A DNA stretch of 64,000 nucleotides from contig WRKO01000008.1 in assembly GCA_009782215.1 (NCBI GenBank), positions 7,365-71,364 on the forward strand, read 5' to 3'. Positions 20,438-29,721 of this stretch are shown here, in pieces. This DNA comes from Oscillospiraceae bacterium (GTDB lineage Bacteria; Bacillota; Clostridia; Oscillospirales; UBA929). The translations under genes and the position numbers were made by a program. Each line of letters opens with the position of its first letter. The first letter of the stretch is position 1. Under the pieces are notes generated by a model. The model was not told where the DNA came from. It worked only from the letters and a program-made list of their open reading frames with translations, and did not search any database.

Positions 20438-22470
20438 GGTCTCCTGCCTTTACGTTTTTTGGCATCTTCCGTCAAATAAAACCCCGTTGTATGCGCGTGC
20501 GGCTCAAAGGCGCCGCGTTCGGCAAAGGCGAGGGCAATCTGCGCGCATTCACGCGCGCTTTCGGCGATGAAATCCAGCCGCCCCGCCCACAGTCCGATAT
20601 GCCGCCACTGGGCGCGGTGGGGCAGCATCCACAGCTTGTGCGGGTGATAAACCAGCGTGCCGTGCCCCGATTCGCGGACGAGCGGCAGAAGACCGCCCTG
20701 CCCGTCGGACAGCTCGCATTTGTTTTCGCAGACGCACAGCCCGTCCTTCCGTTTAATCAGGCATTGCCGCGCCAGCAGCAGGGGCAGACGCCCGTAAACA
20801 ATCAGCTCGGTGTCGCAGATATGGCTCATCTGCCCGATTTCAGCGAGGGAGAGCCACGGCGCGAGGGTGCAGGACGCAACGCCCATCATCCTCGCCGTGC
20901 GGAGGGTTTGCGACGACGCGGCGCCCCAGTCGGCGCGGGGGGTAAACCCCTGACGCACGGCCAGCAGCGCCTGTCCGGGCGTCCAAGTGAGCGCCTCGCG
21001 GAAACCGGCCTCATACAGCAGCCGAAGCCGCGCCGTAACCTCGGCGCGGTCTTCCTCGGTCAAAACCCGCGGCAGAACGGCAACCGGCACCGTCTCGCTC
21101 CTCACCAGCCATTCCGCCTTCCCCGGGTCGCCGGACGCCTCGCCAAGGGGGATATACAGCCGTTCGGGCGGCAGGCCCAGCAGCTCGGGCGTGACCTGCG
21201 ACATTTTGGTAACGCGCACGGTGATGCGCGGCTTATCCGCGCGCGGCAGCAGCTTTGTTCCCTGCTTAAACGTCCCCGCGGCCCTGTCCGGCAAGACCTT
21301 TCTGGCGGCTTCCAGCTTTGCCATCACCGCGTCGCGGAGCGCTTCGGCTTGGGGCCGCGTCAAGCGCAGCCCGAGGTCGATGTTGGTGCGCGCGTCCTTG
21401 CAGAGATAGACGCCGGAGACGCCGCGCCAAACCTCATTCAGCTCCGCCTCCGCCATGTCCGCGCCGCCGGCCTGCGGGGGCGGCCCTTCCGCGTATACCG
21501 TGTGTCCCGCGTAATCGTCAACGGCCAGCCGCGACGGCTCTCCCGAGGTAATCAGCGCGAAAAACCGCACGGGCACGCAGGCGCGTTCCCCCCGGTCAGC
21601 CGCGCTTTTGCGCTCGTCGTCCCAATAACGCTCGTTTTTGGCGTCGGGGATGTCCTCGGCGGCGTATATGTCGCCCCGTCCGGTAAACGGGGCGTCGGTG
21701 GGCTTTTCCCGCCCCAGCGCGGCAAAAGCGCCGTTCAGTTCGCGCTCGTCAACGTAATTTTCGTCGGCGGCGGTGCGGGCAAACCGCGTAAACAGTCCCG
21801 CGGCTTCGGGCGACGGGGCGGGCGGCTCAATCAGCACAGTCAGCCCGCTCAGCTCCCGCATATGCTTGAGAAGGGATAAATCACGGGTCTTGAGGAGGGG
21901 CCGCGCGGTGTTGCCGGTATAGGCAAGCGGCTCCCTGCGGCAGCTTTGCCGGCACCCGGCGGAATCATAGTTCCTGTCTAAAAGGCAGCGGTTGCGGTCG
22001 CCGCCCGGACAGAGAGGGCAGAGCGCCCGGATAAAGAGCGGCAGCTTGGAAACGGAGACAAGCGCCCGCGCGGCGGCGGCGTGAATAAACAGCGGCAGCA
22101 CCGCGCCCGAGCAGCCGCTGTTGGCGGCGTATTCAATGTCCTCGGCGGTTCGGCAGGATCCCGCCCAAACCAATCCGCAGTCGGGGGCGGCCATGCCCGC
22201 CATACGCAGATTCCCCGCGTCGCCGACCAAAACCTCGTCCAAGCCGAGGGGATACAGGCGGCCCAGAAGCCCGGCGCGGCGGTCAAGCTCGGCGTCGCCG
22301 CAGACGCGGGAGCAGTCCAGCATCATGCGGATGCCCCGTGCGCGGGCATAGGGGAACAGCCCGATGAAAGCCTCCGGCGATATGGAAGACGCCAGCAAAA
22401 CGCCGTCGGCCCCGTTTTGAATCGCGGAGACCGCGCAGTCGGCGGACGCCGCGGCCACATAGAGCTTCAT
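20434..22470 (-). CDS. peptidase U32 family protein (long form)
   Basis: 678 aa. The N-terminal TIM-barrel-like U32 pattern (LYVAAASADCAVSAIQNGADGVLLAS...GIRMMLDCS...LDEVLVGDAGNL) is repeated in the C-terminal half. The call is by family resemblance only. Confidence 0.7.
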   Translation of the reverse strand: MKLYVAAASADCAVSAIQNGADGVLLASSISPEAFIGLFPYARARGIRMMLDCSRVCGDAELDRRAGLLGRLYPLGLDEVLVGDAGNLRMAGMAAPDCGLVWAGSCRTAEDIEYAANSGCSGAVLPLFIHAAAARALVSVSKLPLFIRALCPLCPGGDRNRCLLDRNYDSAGCRQSCRREPLAYTGNTARPLLKTRDLSLLKHMRELSGLTVLIEPPAPSPEAAGLFTRFARTAADENYVDERELNGAFAALGREKPTDAPFTGRGDIYAAEDIPDAKNERYWDDERKSAADRGERACVPVRFFALITSGEPSRLAVDDYAGHTVYAEGPPPQAGGADMAEAELNEVWRGVSGVYLCKDARTNIDLGLRLTRPQAEALRDAVMAKLEAARKVLPDRAAGTFKQGTKLLPRADKPRITVRVTKMSQVTPELLGLPPERLYIPLGEASGDPGKAEWLVRSETVPVAVLPRVLTEEDRAEVTARLRLLYEAGFREALTWTPGQALLAVRQGFTPRADWGAASSQTLRTARMMGVASCTLAPWLSLAEIGQMSHICDTELIVYGRLPLLLARQCLIKRKDGLCVCENKCELSDGQGGLLPLVRESGHGTLVYHPHKLWMLPHRAQWRHIGLWAGRLDFIAESARECAQIALAFAERGAFEPHAHTTGFYLTEDAKKRKGRRP

Positions 22471-22477
22471 ACCGCGG

Positions 22478-22792
22478 CTACATATGCTTTTTCAAGCGGC
22501 TCAGCTCACGGCGCGTTTCGGCCAGCTCCGCCTTGAGCTTTTGCGTTTCGTCGAGGTAGGTTTTCACCTGCAGGCGCAGATGGTCGGACGAATCCGCCGC
22601 CTTGCGCGCGCGGTCGGAAGCGTTGAGCGCCGTCAGGACGGCGGCGTCCGCGAGGGCAAGATGAGACTCGCCCATGACGCTTTGAAGCTCCTTGTCAACC
22701 TCGGCGGCCACCCCGCGGACATAGGCCTCCGATTCCTCGGAAACGATTGTGAAATCATGTCCCCCCACCGTGACCGATATCCTGTTTTTCAA
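22478..22792 (-). CDS. zapA: cell division protein ZapA
   Basis: 104 aa. ISVTVGGHDFTIVSEESEAYVRGVAAEVD plus a C-terminal coiled coil. Confidence 0.85.
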   Translation of the reverse strand: MKNRISVTVGGHDFTIVSEESEAYVRGVAAEVDKELQSVMGESHLALADAAVLTALNASDRARKAADSSDHLRLQVKTYLDETQKLKAELAETRRELSRLKKHM

Positions 22793-22917
22793 AGGTTATC
22801 ACTCCAGTCTTGACCCCGTGCGGTTTTTCTTGTAAAATCATATCATAAAACCGGCAAAAGTGCAATGCCATTTTCAAATAGGCAAACGCCGACGCGTTTG
22901 CGGTTGGGGGAATCTCT

Positions 22918-23751
22918 TTGAAAACACGCCGTCTGCCCCGGGTTCTGTCCGTCCATGCCCTGCCTGTGTTCGGCAGATGCTCCATATCCGTCGTCGCTCC
23001 GGTGCTTTCGGCGCGGGGCGTGCAGTGCTGCTCCCTGCCGACGGCCCTGCTGTCCACGCCGACCAATTACGCGGGCGCCACCATCCTCAGCCTCTCGTCG
23101 GAAGCGCCCGCCGTCCTCAGCCACCTGCGCTCGCTGGAAATGGGCTTCGACGCCATATACAGCGGGTTTCTGGCCGACGGGGCGCAGGCGGACTTCATCG
23201 AGGAGATATACGCCGCGTATCCCGACGCGCTGCGCGTCGTCGACCCCGTGCTGGGCGACAGAGGCCGGCTGTACCGCACGATGGACGGGACGATGGCCGC
23301 CGCCGTCCGCCGCCTCTCCCAAAAAGCGCACATCATCACGCCCAATGTAACCGAAGCCGCGGTGCTGCTGGAGCTGCCCCCCGACAAAACGCCCTACACC
23401 GAGGAGGACGCCAAGAAATGGCTGAACGAGCTGTCCCGCAAAGGAGCCAGTTCGGTCGTGATAACGGGCCTATCGTTCGATAGACGCAGCGAGATTTTTG
23501 TGGGCTGGGCGAGACAGGGCGCGTCCGGCCTGTTCCGCCACGCCAAAACAGGCGGGGATTACCCCGGCGCGGGCGATTTATTCACCTCGTTTATGCTGGC
23601 CGAGCTGCTCCACGGCGCGCCCCTCTCCGCCGCGGCCAAGGACGCCTCCGGCTTTGTGGCGAGCTGCGCCGCGTTCACCGCCGGACGGGGAACGGACGTC
23701 AAGGAGGGCCTCCTCTTTGAGGATATCTTGCGAAACAAACCCAACCGATAA
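22918..23751 (+). CDS. pdxK: pyridoxal/pyridoxamine kinase
   Basis: Ribokinase-fold PdxK pattern: LSVHALPVFG, DPVLGDRGRLY, ITPNVTEA, GAGDLF. TTG start in the track ORF. Confidence 0.8.
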   Translation: MKTRRLPRVLSVHALPVFGRCSISVVAPVLSARGVQCCSLPTALLSTPTNYAGATILSLSSEAPAVLSHLRSLEMGFDAIYSGFLADGAQADFIEEIYAAYPDALRVVDPVLGDRGRLYRTMDGTMAAAVRRLSQKAHIITPNVTEAAVLLELPPDKTPYTEEDAKKWLNELSRKGASSVVITGLSFDRRSEIFVGWARQGASGLFRHAKTGGDYPGAGDLFTSFMLAELLHGAPLSAAAKDASGFVASCAAFTAGRGTDVKEGLLFEDILRNKPNR

Positions 23752-23786
23752 ATCAAAACGATTACCCGGAAAGGAGCAACATCATT

Positions 23787-24641
23787 ATGAACAACCTGTT
23801 CCCGCGCACCCAAGCAGGCGGCGTGTCGCTGCCCCGGCTCATCATCGGCACCAACTGGCTGGCGGGGTGGAGCCACCGGAGCGTCGCCGCCGACGAGCGC
23901 ATCAAACGCCACCACAGCGCCAAGGAGAGCATCGTCCCGCTGCTCGAAACCTTTGTCCGAAACGGCGTAGACGCCATCATGGCCCCGCTCGGCAGGATTC
24001 CGCCCATCACCGACGCCATCCGCGAGGCGGAGCAGCGGCTGGGCAAAGGAATCATCCGCATCGACACGCCCATCCTCAACGTGGACGACACCGCCGAGGG
24101 GCGGCGGGAGGCCGCCGCGGTCATCCGTGAGAGCAAGGAGCTGGGCGCCGTGTTCTGCCTCATCCACCACTCAAGCGCCGAACAGCTCGTCAACAAAAAC
24201 AAAGGCGTCGTCGAGCGTTTGGACGACTATACCGCGATGATTCGCGAGCAGGGGATGCTGCCCGGCGTAACGGCGCATATGCCGGAGCTGGTCGTCTACT
24301 GCGACGAAAACGGCTATGACGTGGAAACCTATGTGCAGATTTACAACTGCATGGGCTTTCTGATGCAGACGGAAATCGAAATCGTCTCGGGCATCATCCA
24401 TAACGCGAAGAAGCCGGTGATGACCATCAAGCCAATGGCCGCCGGCCGCGTGACGCCGTATGTGGGCCTGAACTTCTCGTGGGCGACGCTGCGCGACTGC
24501 GATATGGTCACGGTCGGATGCTTCGACGAGCATGAGGCGGCGGAGGTCGTCGAAATCTCCCGCGCCGCTCTGGAACGCCGCCACCCCGACTTGGAGAAGC
24601 GCCAAAGCCCCAATCAGTGCCAAGCCGCCTTCGGAAAATAG
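23787..24641 (+). CDS. conserved hypothetical protein
   Basis: 284-aa ORF with GC3-rich codon usage and a GGAG-containing RBS (GGAAAGGAGCAAC). I recognise no family. A stem-loop follows at about 24687-24705. Confidence 0.7.
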   Translation: MNNLFPRTQAGGVSLPRLIIGTNWLAGWSHRSVAADERIKRHHSAKESIVPLLETFVRNGVDAIMAPLGRIPPITDAIREAEQRLGKGIIRIDTPILNVDDTAEGRREAAAVIRESKELGAVFCLIHHSSAEQLVNKNKGVVERLDDYTAMIREQGMLPGVTAHMPELVVYCDENGYDVETYVQIYNCMGFLMQTEIEIVSGIIHNAKKPVMTIKPMAAGRVTPYVGLNFSWATLRDCDMVTVGCFDEHEAAEVVEISRAALERRHPDLEKRQSPNQCQAAFGK

Positions 24642-24837
24642 CAGACACACGTTCTCATGCATGTAAAGCCCATATACTTTACAAAAGGGGTGCCGCCAGC
24701 GCCCCTTTCCGCTGCCGAAAAGGGCAGACGCGGTCAAGCGCCCGCCGCCCATATGCGGTATCTTATAGACGATACGCTCCGTACGCGCGCCCTTCCCCCG
24801 GAGCCGTCAGACTCTATAAGACAGAAGGTGCTAACCC

Positions 24838-25044
24838 GTGAAAACAACGCCGAACGAAAAGAAGCGCAAAAACAAACCCCCCAAGGAGACCCATCACAAA
24901 GCCCCCGCGCCCGAACCCGCCGGAAAGCTGGAGCTGTTCGCCAATACCTTCGGAACGATGACAAACCCGTTCCAGTCCCCCCTGCCCGTCGTTACAGCGA
25001 TGACAAACCCGCTGGGCGAACGCCCCGGCGACCGGAAACGGTAG
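24838..25044 (+). CDS. small basic hypothetical protein
   Basis: 68 codons from a GTG preceded by GAAGGTG. GC3-rich. Internal repeat MTNPFQSP / MTNPLGERP. No recognised homology. Confidence 0.3.
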   Translation: MKTTPNEKKRKNKPPKETHHKAPAPEPAGKLELFANTFGTMTNPFQSPLPVVTAMTNPLGERPGDRKR

Positions 25045-25053
25045 CCGCGCCCC

Positions 25054-25896
25054 CTATCCTTCGGGCATTGTGAAGATATCCGCCACCGCGCCCCACGGAA
25101 CCTCCACGCGGATAATCCCCGACGTGAACGGGGCGATGTTGTATTCGGGAAAGAGGAGCGAAATCCCGTCCGGCGTGATGACAAAGGTTTCATACGGGAA
25201 AAACACGCGGGCGAGTTCCTTGGCCTCGGGCGAAAACTCCGCCGGATTCCGGTCAATGTCGTGATGGACAAATTCCAGCAGCCGCGCGGTATACGCGTCC
25301 TGCCCGACGGTGAAGAAATCATCCAGCGTGAGCAGCCTGCCCGTCGCGGCGGAAAACGTCTCGCAATAGACGGCGGTGGAGCCGTGGGCCCCGCCGAAAT
25401 ACTGATAAATCTGGCGCGAAACGCTGTAAATCCCCCCCGCGTTCATTTCAACGGCAAAGCCGGCGTCGAGCTGATAGGCAAGCCTGTCCTCGGCGGCGGC
25501 CTCGGCGAGACTTTCGCTCAACCGCTCAAAATCATCGCGCAGGGCGAGGTAATACGCGTCAATGGAAGCGCTGCCCGTTTGGGGAAAGCTGCCCCCGGCG
25601 GTCAAAACCGCCTCGCCGCCGCTGCGGAAGGTGTTCTGATAGTGAATCTGCCCCGTCTCAAGGGCGTTTTCCGTCCAATCGGCCGCCAAATCCGCGCTGG
25701 GATAGACGGGCGGCGGCGCGGTCGGATCGATGATCTCCCAAGGCGGCTCCGACGCGTCTGGCGGCGGGGTGGGGTTGGCGGGCAGGGCGGATTCTTCGCC
25801 CGACGCGTCGGGGGAAACGGAGGGCAGAGGCTCTACCCTTGTGCAAGAGGCCAAAAGGAAAACCAGCGCAAGGACAAAAAAGCTATATTTTCTCAT
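25054..25896 (-). CDS. DUF3298/DUF4163-like lipoprotein (RsiV-like fold)
   Basis: ATG 25896 after GGAGGG. MRKYSFFVLALVFLLASC lipobox. YQYFGGAHGS is the hallmark of DUF3298. Confidence 0.8.
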   Translation of the reverse strand: MRKYSFFVLALVFLLASCTRVEPLPSVSPDASGEESALPANPTPPPDASEPPWEIIDPTAPPPVYPSADLAADWTENALETGQIHYQNTFRSGGEAVLTAGGSFPQTGSASIDAYYLALRDDFERLSESLAEAAAEDRLAYQLDAGFAVEMNAGGIYSVSRQIYQYFGGAHGSTAVYCETFSAATGRLLTLDDFFTVGQDAYTARLLEFVHHDIDRNPAEFSPEAKELARVFFPYETFVITPDGISLLFPEYNIAPFTSGIIRVEVPWGAVADIFTMPEG

Positions 25897-26662
25897 ATCG
25901 AACCCTCCTCTGTTCAAACGCGGCCATATGCGTAAACCCGGCGGCGCGGCACAGCTCCAAGCCGTCCGTCAGCCCGCGCCCCACGTCGGCGGCGCGGTGC
26001 GCGTCGCTCCCGATGGTGATGCTCTCCCCGCCGCATTGGCGGTACAGGGCATAAACGGCGGGGTCGGGCTTTATCCCGCTCTTGCGGAAATTGACCTCCA
26101 CCCCCAGCCCCTTGTGCGCGAAGAACCTGAATAAATCCCGCAGCTCGTCCTCATACCTCGGCAGCAGGGAGGGGACGGTAAATCCGTCGCGCCCCGTATA
26201 GCGCAGCGGATATTCGATATGCCCCAGCACGTCAAAGCGTCCCCACTCCGCCATCTCGCGCAGCTCGGCGAAGTACCGGGGCATCATCCGGTGAAAGTCC
26301 TCCTCCGAAGCGTAGCGCATATAGTAAAAATCCCGTTCGCCCTTCAGCGCGTGGTGGGAGCCGATGACAAAATCATACGGCGCTTGGGCCAGCGCGGCTT
26401 CGGCGCGCGCCAAATCAAAAATCGGCTCGCCCAGCTCAATGCCCAGCAGGAGCTTCACGCCCGTTCGGTTTCCCGCGCGGATTGGCTCAAACGCCCCGTG
26501 CCGCTCCTCCGCCGGAAACGGCTCCGCCGCCCCCATATCGCAGTGGTCGGTGACGCACAGCTCGTCCAGCCCCGCCTTTTGAGCCGCGTCCAGCAGCTCC
26601 GCGAAGCCGTCATGCCCGTCGGAGGAATATAGGCTGTGGGTATGATAATCGGCTAAAAACAT
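25883..26662 (-). CDS. histidinol-phosphatase, HisJ/PHP family
   Basis: MFLADYHTHSLYSSDG...CVTDHCDM...GSHH...GHIEYP...GSDAHR, the PHP metal-ligand series typical of HisJ-type enzymes. Confidence 0.85.
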   Translation of the reverse strand: MFLADYHTHSLYSSDGHDGFAELLDAAQKAGLDELCVTDHCDMGAAEPFPAEERHGAFEPIRAGNRTGVKLLLGIELGEPIFDLARAEAALAQAPYDFVIGSHHALKGERDFYYMRYASEEDFHRMMPRYFAELREMAEWGRFDVLGHIEYPLRYTGRDGFTVPSLLPRYEDELRDLFRFFAHKGLGVEVNFRKSGIKPDPAVYALYRQCGGESITIGSDAHRAADVGRGLTDGLELCRAAGFTHMAAFEQRRVRYEKI

Positions 26663-26671
26663 AGCCCCCTC

Positions 26672-28654
26672 CTACATCAGCCAGTTCGGCAGCCACCGCA
26701 GCAGATAGAGCGGATACCATGCGGGAACCTGCATCCCGGTCAGCACGGGGTAAAACAGAACGAACAGCGCCGTGGAAACAGCGGTGAACACCACCGTATG
26801 CCGCGCCCCGCGCACGGCGTCCCGCTCTATCATGCGGTGGAAGACATAAGCGAGGGCGATGCAGATAAAGAGCATGGACGGGAAGTAGTGGTAGGGGAAT
26901 GTGATGCGCGAGACGGGAACCCACGGCAGAAGCTGCGAGAGGTAGCCGATGACGATGAAGAGCGCCGCGTGGCAGCGCCGCCGGACAGCCCTCTCCGCGC
27001 AGACAACCACCGCGCCCAGCCCCGCCCACGTAACCAGCGGGTTGGTAAACGCCCAGAGGGAGCCGCGCGTCCCCTCCGCCCCGACGGAGTGGATGTAGTA
27101 TAAGATAGGCTTGGAGTCCACAAGCCACTGATACCAGCGGGCGGCGTAGTTGTGTGAGGCCACCAGCTTGGAATGATAGCTGAACATATATTCCTGATTG
27201 GCCGCCGCCGTGTCCCAAACGGCCCGAAGAAACGCCCCCGCGCCCGCGAACCCGCCCTCCGGCGCGCCGGGCAGCACATAGGGGATATAACAAGCGATAT
27301 ATAAAACACCCGGAACCAGAATGAACGCCAGCAGCCCCACAAGCACCGTCCCGATGAAAAACGGCGCGAAGCGCTTCTCATTCCGCGCGCTGTATCTGTA
27401 GCGCCGGAACAGATAAATCAAAAACAGCGCCAGCAGCCCCGCCCCGGCGTAAACGCTCTGCCATTTGGCCGCCGCGCCCAGCCCGAACGACAGCCCGCAG
27501 AGCGCGAGCGGAACCGCCGTCCGGGAAAACGGCGCGTCAAGCTCGGAGGAGGCGTAGCGGTACATACACACCGTCATCAGCAGGATGAAGAAGACGCAGT
27601 AGACGTCGATGGTGGAGATGCGCGTCTGGACGAAATGCATGAAGTCAAACGCAAACAGCAGCGTGCCGCAAACGGCAATCAGCGTCTTGCCGAACATCCA
27701 CTTGAGCAGCAGATAAAACGGCGGGAGCATCAAAACGCCGAACAGCGCCGGCATAAACCGCCAGCCGAACGGTGTCATGCCGAACAGCCATATGCCGATG
27801 GAGGTGATCAGCTTGCCCAGCGGCGGATGGGTGGTCTCATACGGATAGTCGCCGATTAAATGCTGATACGCCGTGTGCGCGTGGTAAATCTCGTCAAAAT
27901 GCGAGGAATTGAGGATATCATACCGCTCCGGCACGGTGTCCTGCTCGTCAAACAGCTTCTCCGTCCGCCCGTCAAGAATCAAATCCGCGGCGGACAGCAC
28001 CCGCTCCCTCTCGGCCCCGGCGTCCCATACCGCAAGGGAAATCTCGCCCAAATCCCGAGGCTCACGCGGCCTGACTGGGTTTGGTATCACCGTGAAGCGG
28101 ATGTAGCGCGTGTCGTCCGGCTGCTCGGGCAGCAGATTGGCGTTGAGCCAGCGGAAGGTGTCGGCGTGATTCTGCGGCATCCCGCTCACCTTGGCGGACT
28201 CGCCCTCCGGCGCGTCCGTCCTGTCCCTGTACTGCTCCGTCCACACAACGCCGTCGGGCGAAAACTCCAGCGTGTATCCATGATACCGCTGCCCGTGATA
28301 CAGCCCGGTGAAGTAAAACAGCCGCTCAATCCGCGCCGGCTCCCGCAGCTCGATGACCGCCGCCGTATGCTCGGTGTTGTCAAAGCGGAGGAAGGACTGC
28401 GGGGAAACGGTGTTGCCCAGATTGAAGAAGGTGACGGCGGCGTAAACCGCCGTGACCACCGCAAGGGGCAGAACGTCCTTCCGCTCAAACGCCCCCGCGC
28501 GCTTCAGCTCAAACACCGGCTTCTTCCGCCGCTCAATCCACTCCGCCGACTTGGGGCGCAGCCGCTCCAGCCGGTAGTAAATGACAAAAAACGCCAGTAT
28601 ATACACGATTGCCGCCCACATGAGCAGCCCCGGCGTCACCATCCAAAGCCTCAT
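26672..28654 (-). CDS. GT39/PMT-family phospholipid-carrier-dependent glycosyltransferase
   Basis: 660 aa. The polytopic body contains HPPLGKLITSIGIWLFG (PMT loop-1 motif). The N-terminal extracytoplasmic insert (YTLEFSPDGVVWTEQY) looks discoidin-like. Confidence 0.85.
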   Translation of the reverse strand: MRLWMVTPGLLMWAAIVYILAFFVIYYRLERLRPKSAEWIERRKKPVFELKRAGAFERKDVLPLAVVTAVYAAVTFFNLGNTVSPQSFLRFDNTEHTAAVIELREPARIERLFYFTGLYHGQRYHGYTLEFSPDGVVWTEQYRDRTDAPEGESAKVSGMPQNHADTFRWLNANLLPEQPDDTRYIRFTVIPNPVRPREPRDLGEISLAVWDAGAERERVLSAADLILDGRTEKLFDEQDTVPERYDILNSSHFDEIYHAHTAYQHLIGDYPYETTHPPLGKLITSIGIWLFGMTPFGWRFMPALFGVLMLPPFYLLLKWMFGKTLIAVCGTLLFAFDFMHFVQTRISTIDVYCVFFILLMTVCMYRYASSELDAPFSRTAVPLALCGLSFGLGAAAKWQSVYAGAGLLALFLIYLFRRYRYSARNEKRFAPFFIGTVLVGLLAFILVPGVLYIACYIPYVLPGAPEGGFAGAGAFLRAVWDTAAANQEYMFSYHSKLVASHNYAARWYQWLVDSKPILYYIHSVGAEGTRGSLWAFTNPLVTWAGLGAVVVCAERAVRRRCHAALFIVIGYLSQLLPWVPVSRITFPYHYFPSMLFICIALAYVFHRMIERDAVRGARHTVVFTAVSTALFVLFYPVLTGMQVPAWYPLYLLRWLPNWLM

Positions 28655-28705
28655 AATCGCCGCCCCTTTTCCAAGCTACGTCCGGCGCCCTTGCGCCGCC
28701 GTATC

Positions 28706-28734
28706 AGTATAGCAAAAGCCGGAGATTTTGTCAA
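28706..28734 (-). promoter_or_regulatory. promoter of the GT39 gene
   Basis: Minus strand: TTGACA (28734-28729), 17 nt, TATACT (28711-28706). Confidence 0.5.
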
Positions 28735-28995
28735 ATCAACGCCAAAGAACCGCCTCCCCCGAGGCGGCTCCCGCTATTCTTCCATGATACCATTATAGCA
28801 CATTTCAACTATAAAAAACTATACTCTTTTTTTCGCGATTTGACACACTCAAACCCGAAACAAAACGCCCGTTCGAAAAACCTCGCCCCAAATCCCGAAC
28901 AAAACGCCTCAAAACAGCCTTTTTTTGTTATGTTCGTATTTTCAATTTTGTGAAAACTGCACAAAAAAACCCCTCGTCCCGTCCCGTCCACAATT

Positions 28996-29057
28996 CCCCT
29001 CCTTGGAGGGGTGGCGCGCAGCGCCGGGGTGGTTGCGGGCGGCCGGGGACGGCCGCC
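28996..29057. repeat. GC-rich triple-hairpin intergenic element
   Basis: Three consecutive perfect stems: CCCCTCC-TT-GGAGGGG (28996-29011), GGCGC-GCA-GCGCC (29013-29025) and GGCGGCCG-GGGA-CGGCCGCC (29038-29057). On the minus strand the element is followed by GACGAGGGG-T7. Confidence 0.6.
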
Positions 29058-29096
29058 CCTACATTCGCCCGCCCGCACATCCCCCCGGGTTCCCCA

Positions 29097-29669
29097 TCAA
29101 ATCAGCGTATCCCGCAGTCTTTCGGTGCCGGTGAACAGGATGGCGCGGAAGCCGGCGGACTTAGCGGCTTTGTGCTGGGCGGGGTCGGCGGTGACGAAGA
29201 CGGAGCGGGCGGGGGTGAGGCGGTGTCTGGCGCAGAGGCTGTCTACCATAGCGCCGCCGCCCTCGCAGGAGAAGGCGCCGCCCTCGAAGAGGGAAAGAAA
29301 GGGATAGGTTTTGAGGATATAGTCTTTGCCGTCGGAGTTCAGCGCGGCGGCGAAATATAGGTTTTTGCCGGATTCCTTCATATCGAGCAGCAGCTCCACC
29401 ATCTCCCAGCGCGGGGTCAGGCAGCGCAGCCAGTGCTTCAGCACAAGGCGGATATGCTCCGTTTCGGCGGGCGCGCGGCGACAGAGCCATTCCATCGCGT
29501 CCTCGCGCAGGATGGCGCCGTCCTCCAGCATCCGCCACTCGGGGGAGAGGAAGATAAGCTCATACAAACGAAGCGCGCGCGCCTCGTCTACCCAGAGCGT
29601 CCGCAGAAAGGTGCGCGGGTCGCAATAAAGCACCGTGCCGCAGAGGGAGAAGATATAATTTTGCTCCAA
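29097..29669 (-). CDS. HAD-superfamily-like protein with degenerate motif I
   Basis: The C-terminal half looks HAD-like (VFVTADPAQHKAAKSAGFRAILF). Start provisionally at TTG 29669, after GGAGG. Where DxDxT is expected, the sequence reads YIFSLCGTVLY. Confidence 0.55.
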   Translation of the reverse strand: MEQNYIFSLCGTVLYCDPRTFLRTLWVDEARALRLYELIFLSPEWRMLEDGAILREDAMEWLCRRAPAETEHIRLVLKHWLRCLTPRWEMVELLLDMKESGKNLYFAAALNSDGKDYILKTYPFLSLFEGGAFSCEGGGAMVDSLCARHRLTPARSVFVTADPAQHKAAKSAGFRAILFTGTERLRDTLI

Positions 29670-29721
29670 GGGGGGACACCTCCATCCGGCGGGTTGGCGG
29701 TTTGTCGCGCGTACGCCGAGG

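Noticed and set aside
20491-21879. 462-aa + strand ORF (and the neighbouring ORFs 20987-21409 and 22081-22536)
   Set aside because: It lies antisense to the well-supported U32 peptidase gene. The translation is Arg/Gly/Pro/Ala-rich low complexity with no motifs. This is a typical shadow ORF of high-GC coding DNA.
23498-24202. ORFs 23498-24130 (+), 23559-24170 (-) and 23762-24202 (-)
   Set aside because: They are alternative-frame or antisense overlaps of pdxK and the 23787-24641 gene, with Arg/Pro-rich products.
27860-28798. 312-aa + strand ORF, plus minus-strand alternative-frame ORFs 26610-27293 and 26830-27381
   Set aside because: They overlap the GT39 glycosyltransferase gene. The translations are Arg/Pro-rich with no hydrophobic periodicity.
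28809-29360. ORFs 28809-29078 (-), 28950-29360 (+) and 29011-29307 (+)
   Set aside because: They are built from the GC hairpin array and from the antisense of the HAD-like gene. The translations are Gly/Arg/Pro strings.
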